This document shows, piece by piece, positions 37,011 through 47,100 of a DNA stretch of 64,000 nucleotides. The stretch is from NCBI GenBank assembly GCA_963797095.1, contig CAWCNY010000002.1:1088001-1152000 (forward strand). The letters are read 5' to 3'. How positions within the stretch are numbered: position 1 is the stretch's first letter; each line of letters starts with the position of its first letter. This DNA comes from an uncultured Chloroflexia bacterium (GTDB lineage Bacteria > Chloroflexota > Chloroflexia > QHBQ01 > JADMIH01). The position numbers were made by a program, and so were the translations under genes. Under the pieces are notes generated by a model. The model worked only from the letters and a program-made list of their open reading frames with translations. It was not told the DNA's origin and searched no databases.

Positions 37011-37625
37011 TCACAGTGCGGTGAATTCAGGCTTGCCTATGCAGGCCGAGAAATCGCCCGTGGCCCGTGCTACCTGCCTGTATGCCAGTTGGAGCGTCAT
37101 AGCTTCTTTCAGGTGCGCAGAAGCCAGGTCGCAACGCCCCATCAGGGCATTGACGCGAGCCATATTGAAGTGAGCCTCGGCATACTGAGGCTTGATGTCG
37201 ATGGCGCGGCTGAAATCGACTATGGCGGCAATATAGTCGCCTTTCTGGGCGAGCACTGCCGCGCGGGTGTTGTAAGGCTCAGGCTGGTTGGGGTTTAGCT
37301 CGATGCAGCGCGTGAGGTCGGCGTATGCCGCGTCCCACTCGCCGAGCATAGCATAGACGCTGCCGCGATTGTTCAGTATGTCGGCGTCATCTCCCCTAAG
37401 CTCAAGAGCGTGAGAAAAGTCCTGGATGGCGAGAGGAAGCGCCCCGTCGTTGGCGTAGAGGATGCCCCGATTGTACCAGTAGCCGGGGTTGTCGGGGTCC
37501 AATTCTATCGCCTTCGAGAAAGACGCAATAGCCTGCCCTGCCATATTCTGCGTTGCCTGGGCAATCCCCATAGTGTTGTAGCGATTAGCTTCGGCCTGGA
37601 TGTCAGTAGACGCATTGTCGTTCAT
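37011..37625 (-). CDS. TPR repeat protein
   Basis: Repeated Y.NRG..Y...G....A..DF..A..L.P. Confidence 0.9.
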   Translation of the reverse strand: MNDNASTDIQAEANRYNTMGIAQATQNMAGQAIASFSKAIELDPDNPGYWYNRGILYANDGALPLAIQDFSHALELRGDDADILNNRGSVYAMLGEWDAAYADLTRCIELNPNQPEPYNTRAAVLAQKGDYIAAIVDFSRAIDIKPQYAEAHFNMARVNALMGRCDLASAHLKEAMTLQLAYRQVARATGDFSACIGKPEFTAL

Positions 37626-37684
37626 ATTGGGTCCCCTGTTGCATTATAACGCCAGGGCGCACAAGTCGGTAGTCAGAACCGGCA

Positions 37685-37747
37685 ACTCGTCACTCGCCAC
37701 TCGCCACTCGCCACTCGCCACTCGCCACTCGCCACTCGTCACTCGTC
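37685..37747. repeat. Heptamer tandem repeat (ACTCGYC)x9
   Basis: Read directly from the sequence. Confidence 0.95.
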
Positions 37748-37854
37748 CTCTGACTACCTACCACATTTCCGAAAGTCCCATGATTATGACCCCCCAATAG
37801 GCTATTGTTCCAACATGACGCTGTTGGTAGGATATCATCGGAGGCAGTGTCACT

Positions 37855-39231
37855 ATGAAGATACAATCTAAACTATTGGGTGGACGCTTTGGCAAACGCA
37901 GTCAATCTGGCGAACAGGGGGAGACAGCAGTAGCAGCAACAGCAATGGCGGGTGCGGGCGAAGGCACCTCGCTTACAAACACCAACTCGACTGTAGCCAT
38001 GGGTACAAATCTGCGCTCGCTTGGCTCGGAGTTGCAACAGGCTGCACTCCAGAGCACATTTGACTATCCCAAGAACAGGACTTTGATCACAAAGACAGTG
38101 GCGGCCCTGTTGTTGATGTTATCCTTCGCTCACGCAGGTCTCACCCTTATCCCCATGAGGGGAGTGGTCGGCAATTGGACTCACACATTTCTTAGTTGGT
38201 CCGCTCTTGGGCTGGCCCTGGAAATCGCGGTTGCGGGATTCGTAGCAGCCGTGCTTGTCAATCTATTTCCCGCCATCAGGATCAACCCACAGGGGCTAGG
38301 CGTGCCTGAGCTAACAGGCTGGCGCATGATCCCCTGGAAACAAGTAGAAGTGATCCGCGTAATGGAGCTTGGCGGCTGGCTGGGCAAGGGACGCTACCTG
38401 GTGATGGTCCCGTTCACGGGCAAGACAACTCCGCGCACTCCTGCCCCTATGCTCCGCTGGATACCTGCTCTGTTCGGCGCTTCTCGTGAGGGCGAGCGCG
38501 GCGTGATGATCACCTCGGACATTAAGAGTTTTGAGCGCCTGCTCCAGCTTATTGTTTCATATATGGCGAAGGCTTCGGGCACGAGCGGTGGGGGCGTGGT
38601 GATCGAGTCTTATGTAGACGAAGAAGTTACGATGAACACTGCCCAACTCATGCTAGACCCGGAGGCGGCGCTGGAGAGGTTGTCGCGGTATACCATCGCT
38701 ACCGTGACACCGGACCCTTACGGGGTAACAGAGATCGACATAGATCCGCCCGTGAACTGGACGCGGATGCTGCTCCGCCAGGTGCCTATCGCTTTACTCC
38801 CTGCGCTTATGTTGTTCACAGAGGTAACGGTTAGTGTGGGCGACAAGCCCTTCCTGGGATTACATGCTGCGTGGGCCGTATTTCTCCTTTTGCTAGGGCT
38901 GGCCGAGCTACCCTTCGTAGCCTACTTGATCCAGGCTGTAGGCGAGCTGATGGTAGGTGGCGGAAAATTCAAGCGATCGGTGTGGGCCTATGCGGAACTG
39001 CAATTGCCCCGCGCAATAGCGATCTTGCTGGGGCTGGCACTTCTTGGCGTAGGATTACCCATAGGTTTCGCGCACGCGCTTTGGTTGGCGGGCATCGCCC
39101 TGACCACTCTGCTGACGACACGCTATGTACAAAAGCTCTACTACATGCCACTGCTACATGCTGTGCCTGCGGCAATCGGTGTGTTCATCTACCAGATGCT
39201 GATCCTGGCCCTCTATTTCGGGGTGAGATAG
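37855..39231 (+). CDS. Hypothetical membrane protein (PH-like domain + C-terminal TM bundle)
   Basis: 458-aa ORF, GGAGG RBS, I...GL......IPW..V motif, several TM helices. Confidence 0.7.
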   Translation: MKIQSKLLGGRFGKRSQSGEQGETAVAATAMAGAGEGTSLTNTNSTVAMGTNLRSLGSELQQAALQSTFDYPKNRTLITKTVAALLLMLSFAHAGLTLIPMRGVVGNWTHTFLSWSALGLALEIAVAGFVAAVLVNLFPAIRINPQGLGVPELTGWRMIPWKQVEVIRVMELGGWLGKGRYLVMVPFTGKTTPRTPAPMLRWIPALFGASREGERGVMITSDIKSFERLLQLIVSYMAKASGTSGGGVVIESYVDEEVTMNTAQLMLDPEAALERLSRYTIATVTPDPYGVTEIDIDPPVNWTRMLLRQVPIALLPALMLFTEVTVSVGDKPFLGLHAAWAVFLLLLGLAELPFVAYLIQAVGELMVGGGKFKRSVWAYAELQLPRAIAILLGLALLGVGLPIGFAHALWLAGIALTTLLTTRYVQKLYYMPLLHAVPAAIGVFIYQMLILALYFGVR

Positions 39232-39256
39232 ATGCTTGGTGCGCAAGAAAAGCGCT

Positions 39257-39302
39257 ATACAAACAAAAACCCGCGCTTGTGGGCGCGGGTTTTTGTTTGT
39301 AT
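39257..39302. terminator. Bidirectional terminator
   Basis: ATACAAACAAAAACCCGCGC-loop-GCGCGGGTTTTTGTTTGTAT. Confidence 0.9.
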
Positions 39303-39312
39303 TCAATTATAC

Positions 39313-39693
39313 TCAGGAACGGGCCTCCACTACCAATCGGATAGCGGTGCGCTCCTCGTCAGCGATCACCACGTCGATGAAGGCGGGCACGACCACTATA
39401 TCTATCCCATTAGGCTGCAAATAATCGCGCGCGATAGCAATGGCTTTCACAGCCTGGTTGGTTGCGCCTGCGCCTATGGCCTGAACGTCGGCTCGCCCAT
39501 GGTTGCGGATGACGGCTGCGATAGCGCCGGCTACCGCACTCGGCCTTGAATGAGCGGATACTTTGAGTACCTCGGTTCCATCGCCTCTATAGTCCGAAGT
39601 AGTGTTGACGTCGACCGTGTCACTCATATCACTTTCGCCCCCTTCGCGACCGTCGCGAGTAGCTGTAAGATTTGTGGTGTGTGCAGTGTCCAT
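39313..39693 (-). CDS. spoVS: Stage V sporulation protein S
   Basis: VLKVSA.S.P..VAGAIA, QAIGAGA.NQAVKAIAIAR, PAF, ERTAI; GGAGG RBS. Confidence 0.92.
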   Translation of the reverse strand: MDTAHTTNLTATRDGREGGESDMSDTVDVNTTSDYRGDGTEVLKVSAHSRPSAVAGAIAAVIRNHGRADVQAIGAGATNQAVKAIAIARDYLQPNGIDIVVVPAFIDVVIADEERTAIRLVVEARS

Positions 39694-40001
39694 GCTTGCC
39701 TCCAATGGAGAAGTTTGTATGACGTATGGTTTGTGCGGGGCCTCAGGATAGCGGAGTGCTGGGTGTATAGTTTGGTGCATTGGGTGTGTATGAGGGGGCG
39801 GAGATTATATAGGTCGTTGCTCTGTTATTACCTCAATACCCACATACCTCTAGTCTAGTGCCATGGGCCCTGGTCTTTTCGCGTATGCGTGAGAAGGACG
39901 CTGCTATAACCCTCCACAGCGCCCTTCTCAATCTCTTCAGGAGTTACGAGCCATGAGTACCTATACTTATAAAGCCATAGGGTCATAATTCGTAATTAGC
40001 C

Positions 40002-41567
40002 TTACTTAGCGTACTCTATGGCGCGGGTCTCTCGCACAACAGTGACCTTGATCTGGCCCGGATATTCCAGGCTTTCCTCGATCTTCTTGGCGACATCCCG
40101 TGCCAGTCTCATCGCCCCCAGATCGTCGATACTTTCGGGCTTGACGAGCATTCGTACCTCTCTACCTGCCTGGATCGCGAAGCTCTTTTCAACTCCCTCG
40201 AATGAGTTGGCAACCGCCTCGAGTGCTTCCAGGCGCTTGATATAATTTTCCACGCTGTCTCGGCGCGCGCCGGGGCGTCCGCCCGAAAGAGCATCGGCGG
40301 CCTGTACTATCCAGGCCTCAACAGTTTCGGGTTCTTCCTCGTTGTGGTGTGCCGCGATAGCGTGTACTATCTTCTGCGACCGGCCAAGCCGCTTGGCTAG
40401 CTCTGCTCCGATAATGGCATGTGGCCCTTCGACCTCGTGGTCTACGGCCTTGCCGATATCGTGCAGGAGGGTAGCAGTCTTCGCTACGTTCACGTCGGCT
40501 CCGATCTCGGCGGCGATGGCAGCGGCTATGCGCGCGGCCTCCACCACGTGATGGAGCTGGTTTTGCCCGTAGCTGGTGCGATACATCAGCCTGCCCAGCA
40601 GCTTGATCAGGTCAGGGTGCAAACCCTGCACGTTAGCGGCGTAGGCGGCTTTCTCCCCCTCTTCGCGCATTTGATTCTCGACCTCTGCCTTAGCCTTGCT
40701 CACCACCTCCTCGATACGTGCGGGGTGGATGCGGCCATCAGCGATCAACTTGGTCAAAGCCCTCCGGGCCACCTCACGGCGAACCGGGTCAAACGCCGAC
40801 AGAGTGATGGCTTCCGGGGTCTCATCTATGATGAGGTCAACCCCCGTGGCCTGCTCGATTGCGCGGATGTTTCGTCCTTCGCGGCCTATAATCCGGCCTT
40901 TCATTTCTTCGTTGGGCAGAGGCACTATCGAAACGGTGATTTCAGGTACATATTCTGAAGCGGCCCTGGAAGCGGCCACCGAGAGTACCTTTTTGATGCG
41001 CATATCGGCCTCTTCTTTAACTTCGGCCTCTATTTCGCGGTACCGCCGGTTGGCATCTATCCGCACTTCCTCTTCGATTTCCTGGAGGAGTGCGTCCTTG
41101 GCCTGGTCTACGGTCATGCCTGCTACTCGCTCAAGCTCTTTGCGGCGCTCTGCTTGTAGATCGCTGATACGCGCCTCCATAGCCTCAAGCTCGCGCTCCT
41201 TGGTCTGAAGGGCGCGTTCCCGTTTCTCGGTGCTGTCTATCTTGCGGTCAAGGGTCTCCTCTTTCTGCTGGAGTCTTCGCTCCTGGCGCTGCACTTCGGC
41301 TCGCCTTTCGCGGTACTCGTTCTCGACCTCCGCACGTACCTGGTGCGATTGGTCTTTCGCCTGGAGGATCATCTCTTTCCGCTGGGCTTCGACCTCCCGG
41401 AGAGCCACTTGGGCGCGCTCCTCGGCGGTCTTCACCTGATCGTCGGCCAGCTTTTGTACACGGCCAACGTCTGCCCTCGAATGGTTCCACGCGACTACTA
41501 CGGCCACTGCCACCAAAAGGAACACAATAGCAGCGCCAGCAGCTAGCCACGTTAGCAGTTCTGGCAT
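40002..41567 (-). CDS. rny: Ribonuclease Y
   Basis: TM anchor, coiled coil, KH ([14 protein letters not shown]), HD (LLHDIGK), [12 protein letters not shown]. Confidence 0.97.
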   Translation of the reverse strand: MPELLTWLAAGAAIVFLLVAVAVVVAWNHSRADVGRVQKLADDQVKTAEERAQVALREVEAQRKEMILQAKDQSHQVRAEVENEYRERRAEVQRQERRLQQKEETLDRKIDSTEKRERALQTKERELEAMEARISDLQAERRKELERVAGMTVDQAKDALLQEIEEEVRIDANRRYREIEAEVKEEADMRIKKVLSVAASRAASEYVPEITVSIVPLPNEEMKGRIIGREGRNIRAIEQATGVDLIIDETPEAITLSAFDPVRREVARRALTKLIADGRIHPARIEEVVSKAKAEVENQMREEGEKAAYAANVQGLHPDLIKLLGRLMYRTSYGQNQLHHVVEAARIAAAIAAEIGADVNVAKTATLLHDIGKAVDHEVEGPHAIIGAELAKRLGRSQKIVHAIAAHHNEEEPETVEAWIVQAADALSGGRPGARRDSVENYIKRLEALEAVANSFEGVEKSFAIQAGREVRMLVKPESIDDLGAMRLARDVAKKIEESLEYPGQIKVTVVRETRAIEYAK

Positions 41568-41770
41568 AAAACACCTCCCTATTCTCTTGTTAAGGTACGT
41601 TGTCTACAACGTAGTAATAGATCGTTGTTCCGTGGGCCGGTTTAGGACCTACGGGACACCTGCGTGCGTTTGGATATGTGTTCCTGCCTGGGTTCGGCAG
41701 CCTCATAACCTGCAAGCGCAGGCGTAGTTAGGCAAACAGCTTAGCAATGAAGCTAATTTGTATAACCTGT

Positions 41771-41799
41771 ATCATACGATGGATATGGGCTTATGTCAA
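41771..41799 (-). promoter_or_regulatory. sigma70 promoter of rny
   Basis: TTGACA-N17-TATGAT on the minus strand. Confidence 0.75.
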
Positions 41800-41818
41800 G
41801 GGTCTCTAGTTTGACATC

Positions 41819-43180
41819 CAGGGCTGATGCAAAGTCGAAATAGAGGAAAAGAGGATAGACAAGCAAATAGCACCCGCTTGGGATAAGATGCGAGTTGCAA
41901 CAACCATCAAACCCAAGAAAGGTGCTATGTGAGATGAAATGTACCATGCTCCCCCTTGACGTGCAACTGCCCCAAGAGCCATTCGCCTTCAGTCTGCAAG
42001 CTCTTGTAGAGAAACTACACTCAGTACAAGATCTGCGAGATCCAAGAGGAGTGCGCTACCCATTGAGTGTGGTGCTGACAGTGGCCGTGCTCGCCAAGCT
42101 GGCGGGTCACAGCCAGTTGAGGGCTGTGGCTGAGTGGGCCTCCTTGCGCTCAGAACAACTCTGCTCGCTGCTGGGTTTTGGCAGAACTACTCTGCCACAC
42201 CCTACCACCTGGGGGCGCATCTTTGGCACAGCTCTCGACCCTTGTGCTCTGGACCAGGTGGTAGGGGAGTACTTCAAGGAGTTGTGTCAGCCTTCTATAC
42301 ACAGGAAGCGCAATCGTCGAGGAGGGTTGGTGCTCACCATTGACGGCAAGACGCTGAGGGGTACGATCCCGTTGGGCAACACACAAGGAGTGCATCTGGT
42401 GTGTGCCTACTTACCACAGGTGGGAGTGGTGCTGGCTCAAGTAGAGGTAAAACACAAGGCTAACGAGTTGACAGTGGCTCCCACTCTCCTTGCCCAACTT
42501 GACCTTGAAGGTGTAGTGGTAACAGGAGATGCTATGTTTGCCCAGCGCAATCTATCTGCTCAGATCGTTAGAGGGGGAGGAGATTACCTGTGGAAGGTGA
42601 AGGAGAACCAACCGGAGTTGCTCGCCGATATCCGCACGCTGTTTGATCCTCCACCTGCCCTCCAACCGACCAGGACTGAGGCTCCAAACTTCGCCTTGCC
42701 CTCCGATCTAGAGTGGGCAAGCAGTGTGAGCAAAGGGCATGGACGAATAGAAGAGCGCACAATATGGGTGAGTTCGGCTCTGTGTGGGTACTCAGATTGG
42801 CCGCATTTGGAGCAGGTGTTCAAGCTCAAGTGCCGGGTGGTAGACGGATTGGGTCAGATAAAGGAGATGGTGCATTACGGAGTAACCTCTCTGCCAAGTG
42901 CAGCAGGGTCGCCCCGCAGGCTCTTGGCGGTGGTAAGAGAGCATTGGGGAATAGAGAACGGGTTGCACTATCGCCGAGATGTAAGCCTGGACGAGGACTA
43001 TTCCCAGGTAAGGGTAGGACATGCACCGCGTGTACTGGCGACTCTCAACAACATTGTGGTAGGGTTAGCAGCTCATCATGAGCAAGCAAATCTGCCTGCT
43101 GCTCAACGCGCCTTCCACTACCGCTTGGAGCGTGCCCTTTGGACGAGGTCCCTCTCATGATAGACTTTGCATCAGCCCTG
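41819..43180 (+). mobile_element. ISAs1-family insertion sequence
   Basis: 18-bp IRs CAGGGCTGATGCAAAGTC / GACTTTGCATCAGCCCTG; 10-bp TSD GTTTGACATC. Confidence 0.95.
41934..43160 (+). CDS. ISAs1 transposase
   Basis: D.R..RG.RY.L, IDGKTLRG, NE, VTGDAM, K.NQ, HGRIE.R, HWGIENGLHY.RDV...ED. Confidence 0.95.
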   Translation: MKCTMLPLDVQLPQEPFAFSLQALVEKLHSVQDLRDPRGVRYPLSVVLTVAVLAKLAGHSQLRAVAEWASLRSEQLCSLLGFGRTTLPHPTTWGRIFGTALDPCALDQVVGEYFKELCQPSIHRKRNRRGGLVLTIDGKTLRGTIPLGNTQGVHLVCAYLPQVGVVLAQVEVKHKANELTVAPTLLAQLDLEGVVVTGDAMFAQRNLSAQIVRGGGDYLWKVKENQPELLADIRTLFDPPPALQPTRTEAPNFALPSDLEWASSVSKGHGRIEERTIWVSSALCGYSDWPHLEQVFKLKCRVVDGLGQIKEMVHYGVTSLPSAAGSPRRLLAVVREHWGIENGLHYRRDVSLDEDYSQVRVGHAPRVLATLNNIVVGLAAHHEQANLPAAQRAFHYRLERALWTRSLS

Positions 43181-43193
43181 GTTTGACATCCCA

Positions 43194-44013
43194 TCATAAC
43201 TCTTCGGGAGGCTTTGGTTGCCAGTCGCCGAGGAACTGTGCAATTCTGAGTGGGAACTTGGCATGTTCTTGGTAGTAGGCTTGCAAAACCGCCTCAGTCA
43301 CCATCCTCTCCATCAACCGTTGCAACCCACGTGTCAGCACCACCTTGCCTGGCTTACGATCTTTGTGCGGCTCAAAGCCTCCTAATCTGGCGAGCAGTTG
43401 CACTTCCTCCCACTCCCAAGTCACTCCCAATTCGTACAGAAAGCCCGCCGCTATCCATGCTAAGGCCACCAACGTGCGTACTCCCTCCAAATCAAGCACC
43501 TGCACCTGTTCCCAATCCACGCATTCTTTGGTGAATTTGAAGCTGTCCCCCACAGCCCACCGCTGGCGATACATCTGGAAGATACGCACTGCCCCTGCCG
43601 CATCTTCTATGGGCCAATCGGTTAGCAGCAGCCACGGCTCCCAATTGCTGTCCACTATCCGCACCTCCACCAACCACATTTGTTTGGTTACACTCTTGCC
43701 TGGCCTTGCCTGGCCTTGCCTGGCCCACGGCGACGGACATTGGTGCGGTAGTCCAACTCCAATGGGTAAGCACTGAGTAGTGCCTGCACACGCTGGCGCT
43801 TGGTCATTCGTTGTCCTTGCAAGCGTATCTCCAACTCGGTGTTTGCCGTTGCCAGCTTTCGTACCTGTGATTGGGCTTGCTCGATAGAACCACTCTGCCG
43901 ATAGAACCACTCTGCCGATAGAACCACTCTGCCGATAGAACCACTCTGCCACTGGTCCTGACCGTGCCTGTCCAAGTAGCGCACTGCTCGCTCACTTCCC
44001 TCCTCTTGCCCAT
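43194..44013 (-). pseudogene. Truncated, frameshifted IS4-like transposase
   Basis: W.LLT.WP, Y..RW.V(G)D.FK..K with Gly in place of the catalytic Glu; N-terminus missing. Confidence 0.8.
43883..43950. repeat. 17-bp tandem repeat x4 (GATAGAACCACTCTGCC)
   Basis: Four contiguous identical units without spacers. Confidence 0.95.
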
Positions 44014-44051
44014 TTATGATGGGATGTCAATCTCTAGAAGTATGGAAAGAT

Positions 44052-44101
44052 GACAAAGAGGAAGGACGAAGGTGCTGATGCCTTCGTCCTTCCTCTTTGT
44101 C
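44052..44101. terminator. Terminator hairpin (perfect 21-bp stem)
   Basis: GACAAAGAGGAAGGACGAAGG-loop-CCTTCGTCCTTCCTCTTTGTC. Confidence 0.85.
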
Positions 44102-44145
44102 CCTAGTAGAAGTAGCTACAAGATGCTACCCCATCTTACCTCATG

Positions 44146-47100
44146 CTACCTCGATGGTGTCTGGCAACCGGGTAAGAATGTGTTAGCCACTATCTTACTC
44201 GCCTGTCCTCTGGTGGCATTGGAGCCTGGCCTGAAGTATGGCAGGTTGGCAGGGCCTACACATGGCTCTCCCACTCCTCCACATGCGTACCCGTTCATCA
44301 CTCCCAATGCTGTCAGCCTCCAGATGTACTCGTAGAATGTTGACCCTGGCAGCACGTCCTGGAACTGCTGAGAGCCTGCCGGTGCTGTCAGCCCTGCTGC
44401 ATTCGAGATTATCTTCGAGATTTGCCCTCTCGTGATGTTCGCATTAGGTCTGAAGTACGGCAGGTTGCCTGCACCACACGGTTCTCCTGCTCCACCACAA
44501 GGGTAGCCGTTGACATACCCTCTGATGGTCAGCTGCCAGATGTACTCAAAGAAGGTAGAGCCAAGAGGCACATCTTCATACTGCTGAGGACCTGTTGGGT
44601 CGTTGAAGCCAGCAGCATTGGAGGCTATCTTTGCGAGTTGTCCCCTGGTGACCAGGTTAGCAGGCTTGAAGCAAGGGTTACCTGTATCACAGCCTGACGA
44701 GTAGCCGTTGATAATGCCTCTACAAGCCAGGCACTTGATGTTGTCGTAGAACGTTGAGCCAGGCAGCACATCGGTGAACTCAAGGGTACATGCTGTGGGG
44801 GTAGCTGTCACCTCTCCCGGCGTATTCGTGGGGGCCACAGATGTAGACGTAGATGTTGCACCAGGAGGCGAGGTAGACGTTGCACCAGGCGGTGAGGTAG
44901 ATGTGGCGGTAGCGGGTGGTGAGGTAGATGTTGAAGTGGCAGGTGGTGACGTAGATGTGGCGGGCGGTGTGGTAGCTGTCGATGTGGCGGGTATAGGTGT
45001 TATCGTAGGCGTGCCGCACGGTGGCGCTGAATAGGAAAGTAGCAGGCCATCGCTGATGGCAGTAAAGCACGAGTACTGTGTGAATTGAGTGGGGTTCCTC
45101 TGCACACCCAGCGTGGCATCATCGCCTGTCAGGCCCATTGTGCCGTAGATTACGTCGAACTTGTTCTGCCCTTCGTACAGGCGTATTTCGTAGTTGGTGT
45201 CGGTGCCGGGCTCGCATGTGGTAGATGTGTTGTACCCGCACGTTCTGAACTCCATATTGTAGATGCGGTTAGGTTCTACGCCGGATATGGATGTAAAGAC
45301 ACCCTTGCCGGAAGGCGTAGTGAGTTGGTCATCCCAGAAGGGGAAGATGGCGTAGTCGGTGATTGCAGCGCTCGCCAGGCAGTCATTATCGTATTCGTCG
45401 TTAGTAGAGACGAATTGCAGGTTGCCGTTAGAGCTTACATTGACCCCTGAGAACTGCTGGTCATAAAGTTGCACGGGGAACGGCAGGCTGACAAAGGTCA
45501 TGCCGTCGTCGGTATGGTTGCCGATATCGTTTGTGCCCGGCACGATAGTGGCCGTGCCTGTGGCGACCGTGTAGTCCATAGCGCAGGCGGGCGTAGGCGT
45601 GGGTGTCCCCGGCGTGGGAGTGGTAGTAGGCGTCCCGCCTCCTCCTGTGCAAGGGTTGATCTCCACGGTATAAGACTCGCAGCCGAGGTTAGGCGAAAGC
45701 TCGTGTACCACCACGACCACGGCGTGCCCCGCCGGCACATTGACTGAGTAGCTGTATTGTGGGCCTCCTATGTCTCCATAGTCGCCCAGGTAGTTCTGAG
45801 CCAGGCTGGCCGGGTTGAACGTATCGAGGTAGGCGGCGCTACCTGTGGTGTTATCGCTACAGGCATTTGTCACTCGTATTGTGACGCATTGTGACACTGC
45901 TGTAGTGTTGGTATAGACGTAGGTGTCGTAGTGCCGCACGAAACCGTCGGCGGTGACTGAGCCGCTGTTTGGTGAAGCGCACGAGCTAGGCGGGTGGCCC
46001 CTGTTCACACGGCCTGTCTGGGTTGGGTCGCTGTTGGTGATCACGCCCGTGTATGAGACGTAACCTGTGCACGGTGTAGGGCTTGGTGGTGGCGTGGTAG
46101 GGGTCGGGTAAACTCCGGTAGCGGTCGGTACAGGGGTTGATGTACCGCCTGTGCAGCCGGGGAACTTGAATGAGCCGATGCGTGTTCGCCAGTTGCGCGG
46201 GCCGGTCTGGGCGAAGTACTCGGTGGTGTACCAGAAGGTGCAGTCGTCCAGCGGGTCGATGGAGATGCTGCTATAGTCGCCCCAGCGCGGTGCGGCGGCA
46301 TTGGTCTCGGACCCACCGCCCGCTATGAGCGTTTCTTCTCCCTGCGACATCTGCCCCAGCGGGTCGCCCGCCAATCTACCTGCGTACCTTATCTCTGGGT
46401 AGATCGATGAGCTTGACGCACTGAAGCCGATTGCCATATCCCCCACATGGTCGAAGGTGATACTGCCCATCCACCGGAATATGCCGTCGGCAGGCGAGTA
46501 TGTCCCCTCCTGGTAGACGGTAGGCGTGCCGTTAGGGTCGCGCAATTCATACCAGCGCGGGCCTACGGTCGATCCCGTATCGATGGTGTAATTGAGCGCA
46601 AGGGCCTCGTGGTCTCCGAAGTTGCGGTAGGCCAGCCTGTACATCAACCTGTCATTAAGGGGATCGACCTGCACCGATGTGCCCAATTGTGGTATCCCGC
46701 CCCGGTTGATGGTGAAGGGCGTGACCGCCAGGGAGGTGGGGCCTGTAAAGGTCGAGTTGGAGGGGGTGGTCCAGTCTACATGGAATTTGTAGAGGGCCAG
46801 GTGCGAGAGGTCGGGGTAGGTTACGAAGTAGTTCGGGCTGCCGGCCGGAGGTAGAGCGCCATCCAGGTCGGATGGAAGAAGGCCGCCGTCGGAGGAGCCG
46901 AAGAAGACCATGCGAGCCGTCGGGTCGCCCTCAAGCATGCGGGCCCGCTCGAAAGCGAAGTTGCCGCCGTTGTAGGGACCACCAAACTCGTTGGAGGTCA
47001 TGTAGTACGCATCGGGCCACACGCCAAAGTGCGGGTAGTCCTCGAATGCACCGGGGGTGGGGCCGGATACGAAGTCGTAGCGATAATAGGTGCCCGCCGC

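Larger units (their letters stand above)
41810..44031 (-). mobile_element. Decayed IS4-like element whose end is interrupted by ISAs1
   Basis: IRs TTGACATCCCATCATAA (43183-43199) / TTATGATGGGATGTCAA (44014-44030); CTCTAG at 41804-41809 and 44032-44037. Confidence 0.75.

Noticed and set aside
41580-41765. 6S RNA upstream of rny
   Set aside because: No 5'/3' closing stem or central bubble recognisable; kept only as a structured leader.
43883-43950. 17-bp repeats as a CRISPR array
   Set aside because: Contiguous units without spacers, too short, no cas genes; explained as a duplication inside a transposase.
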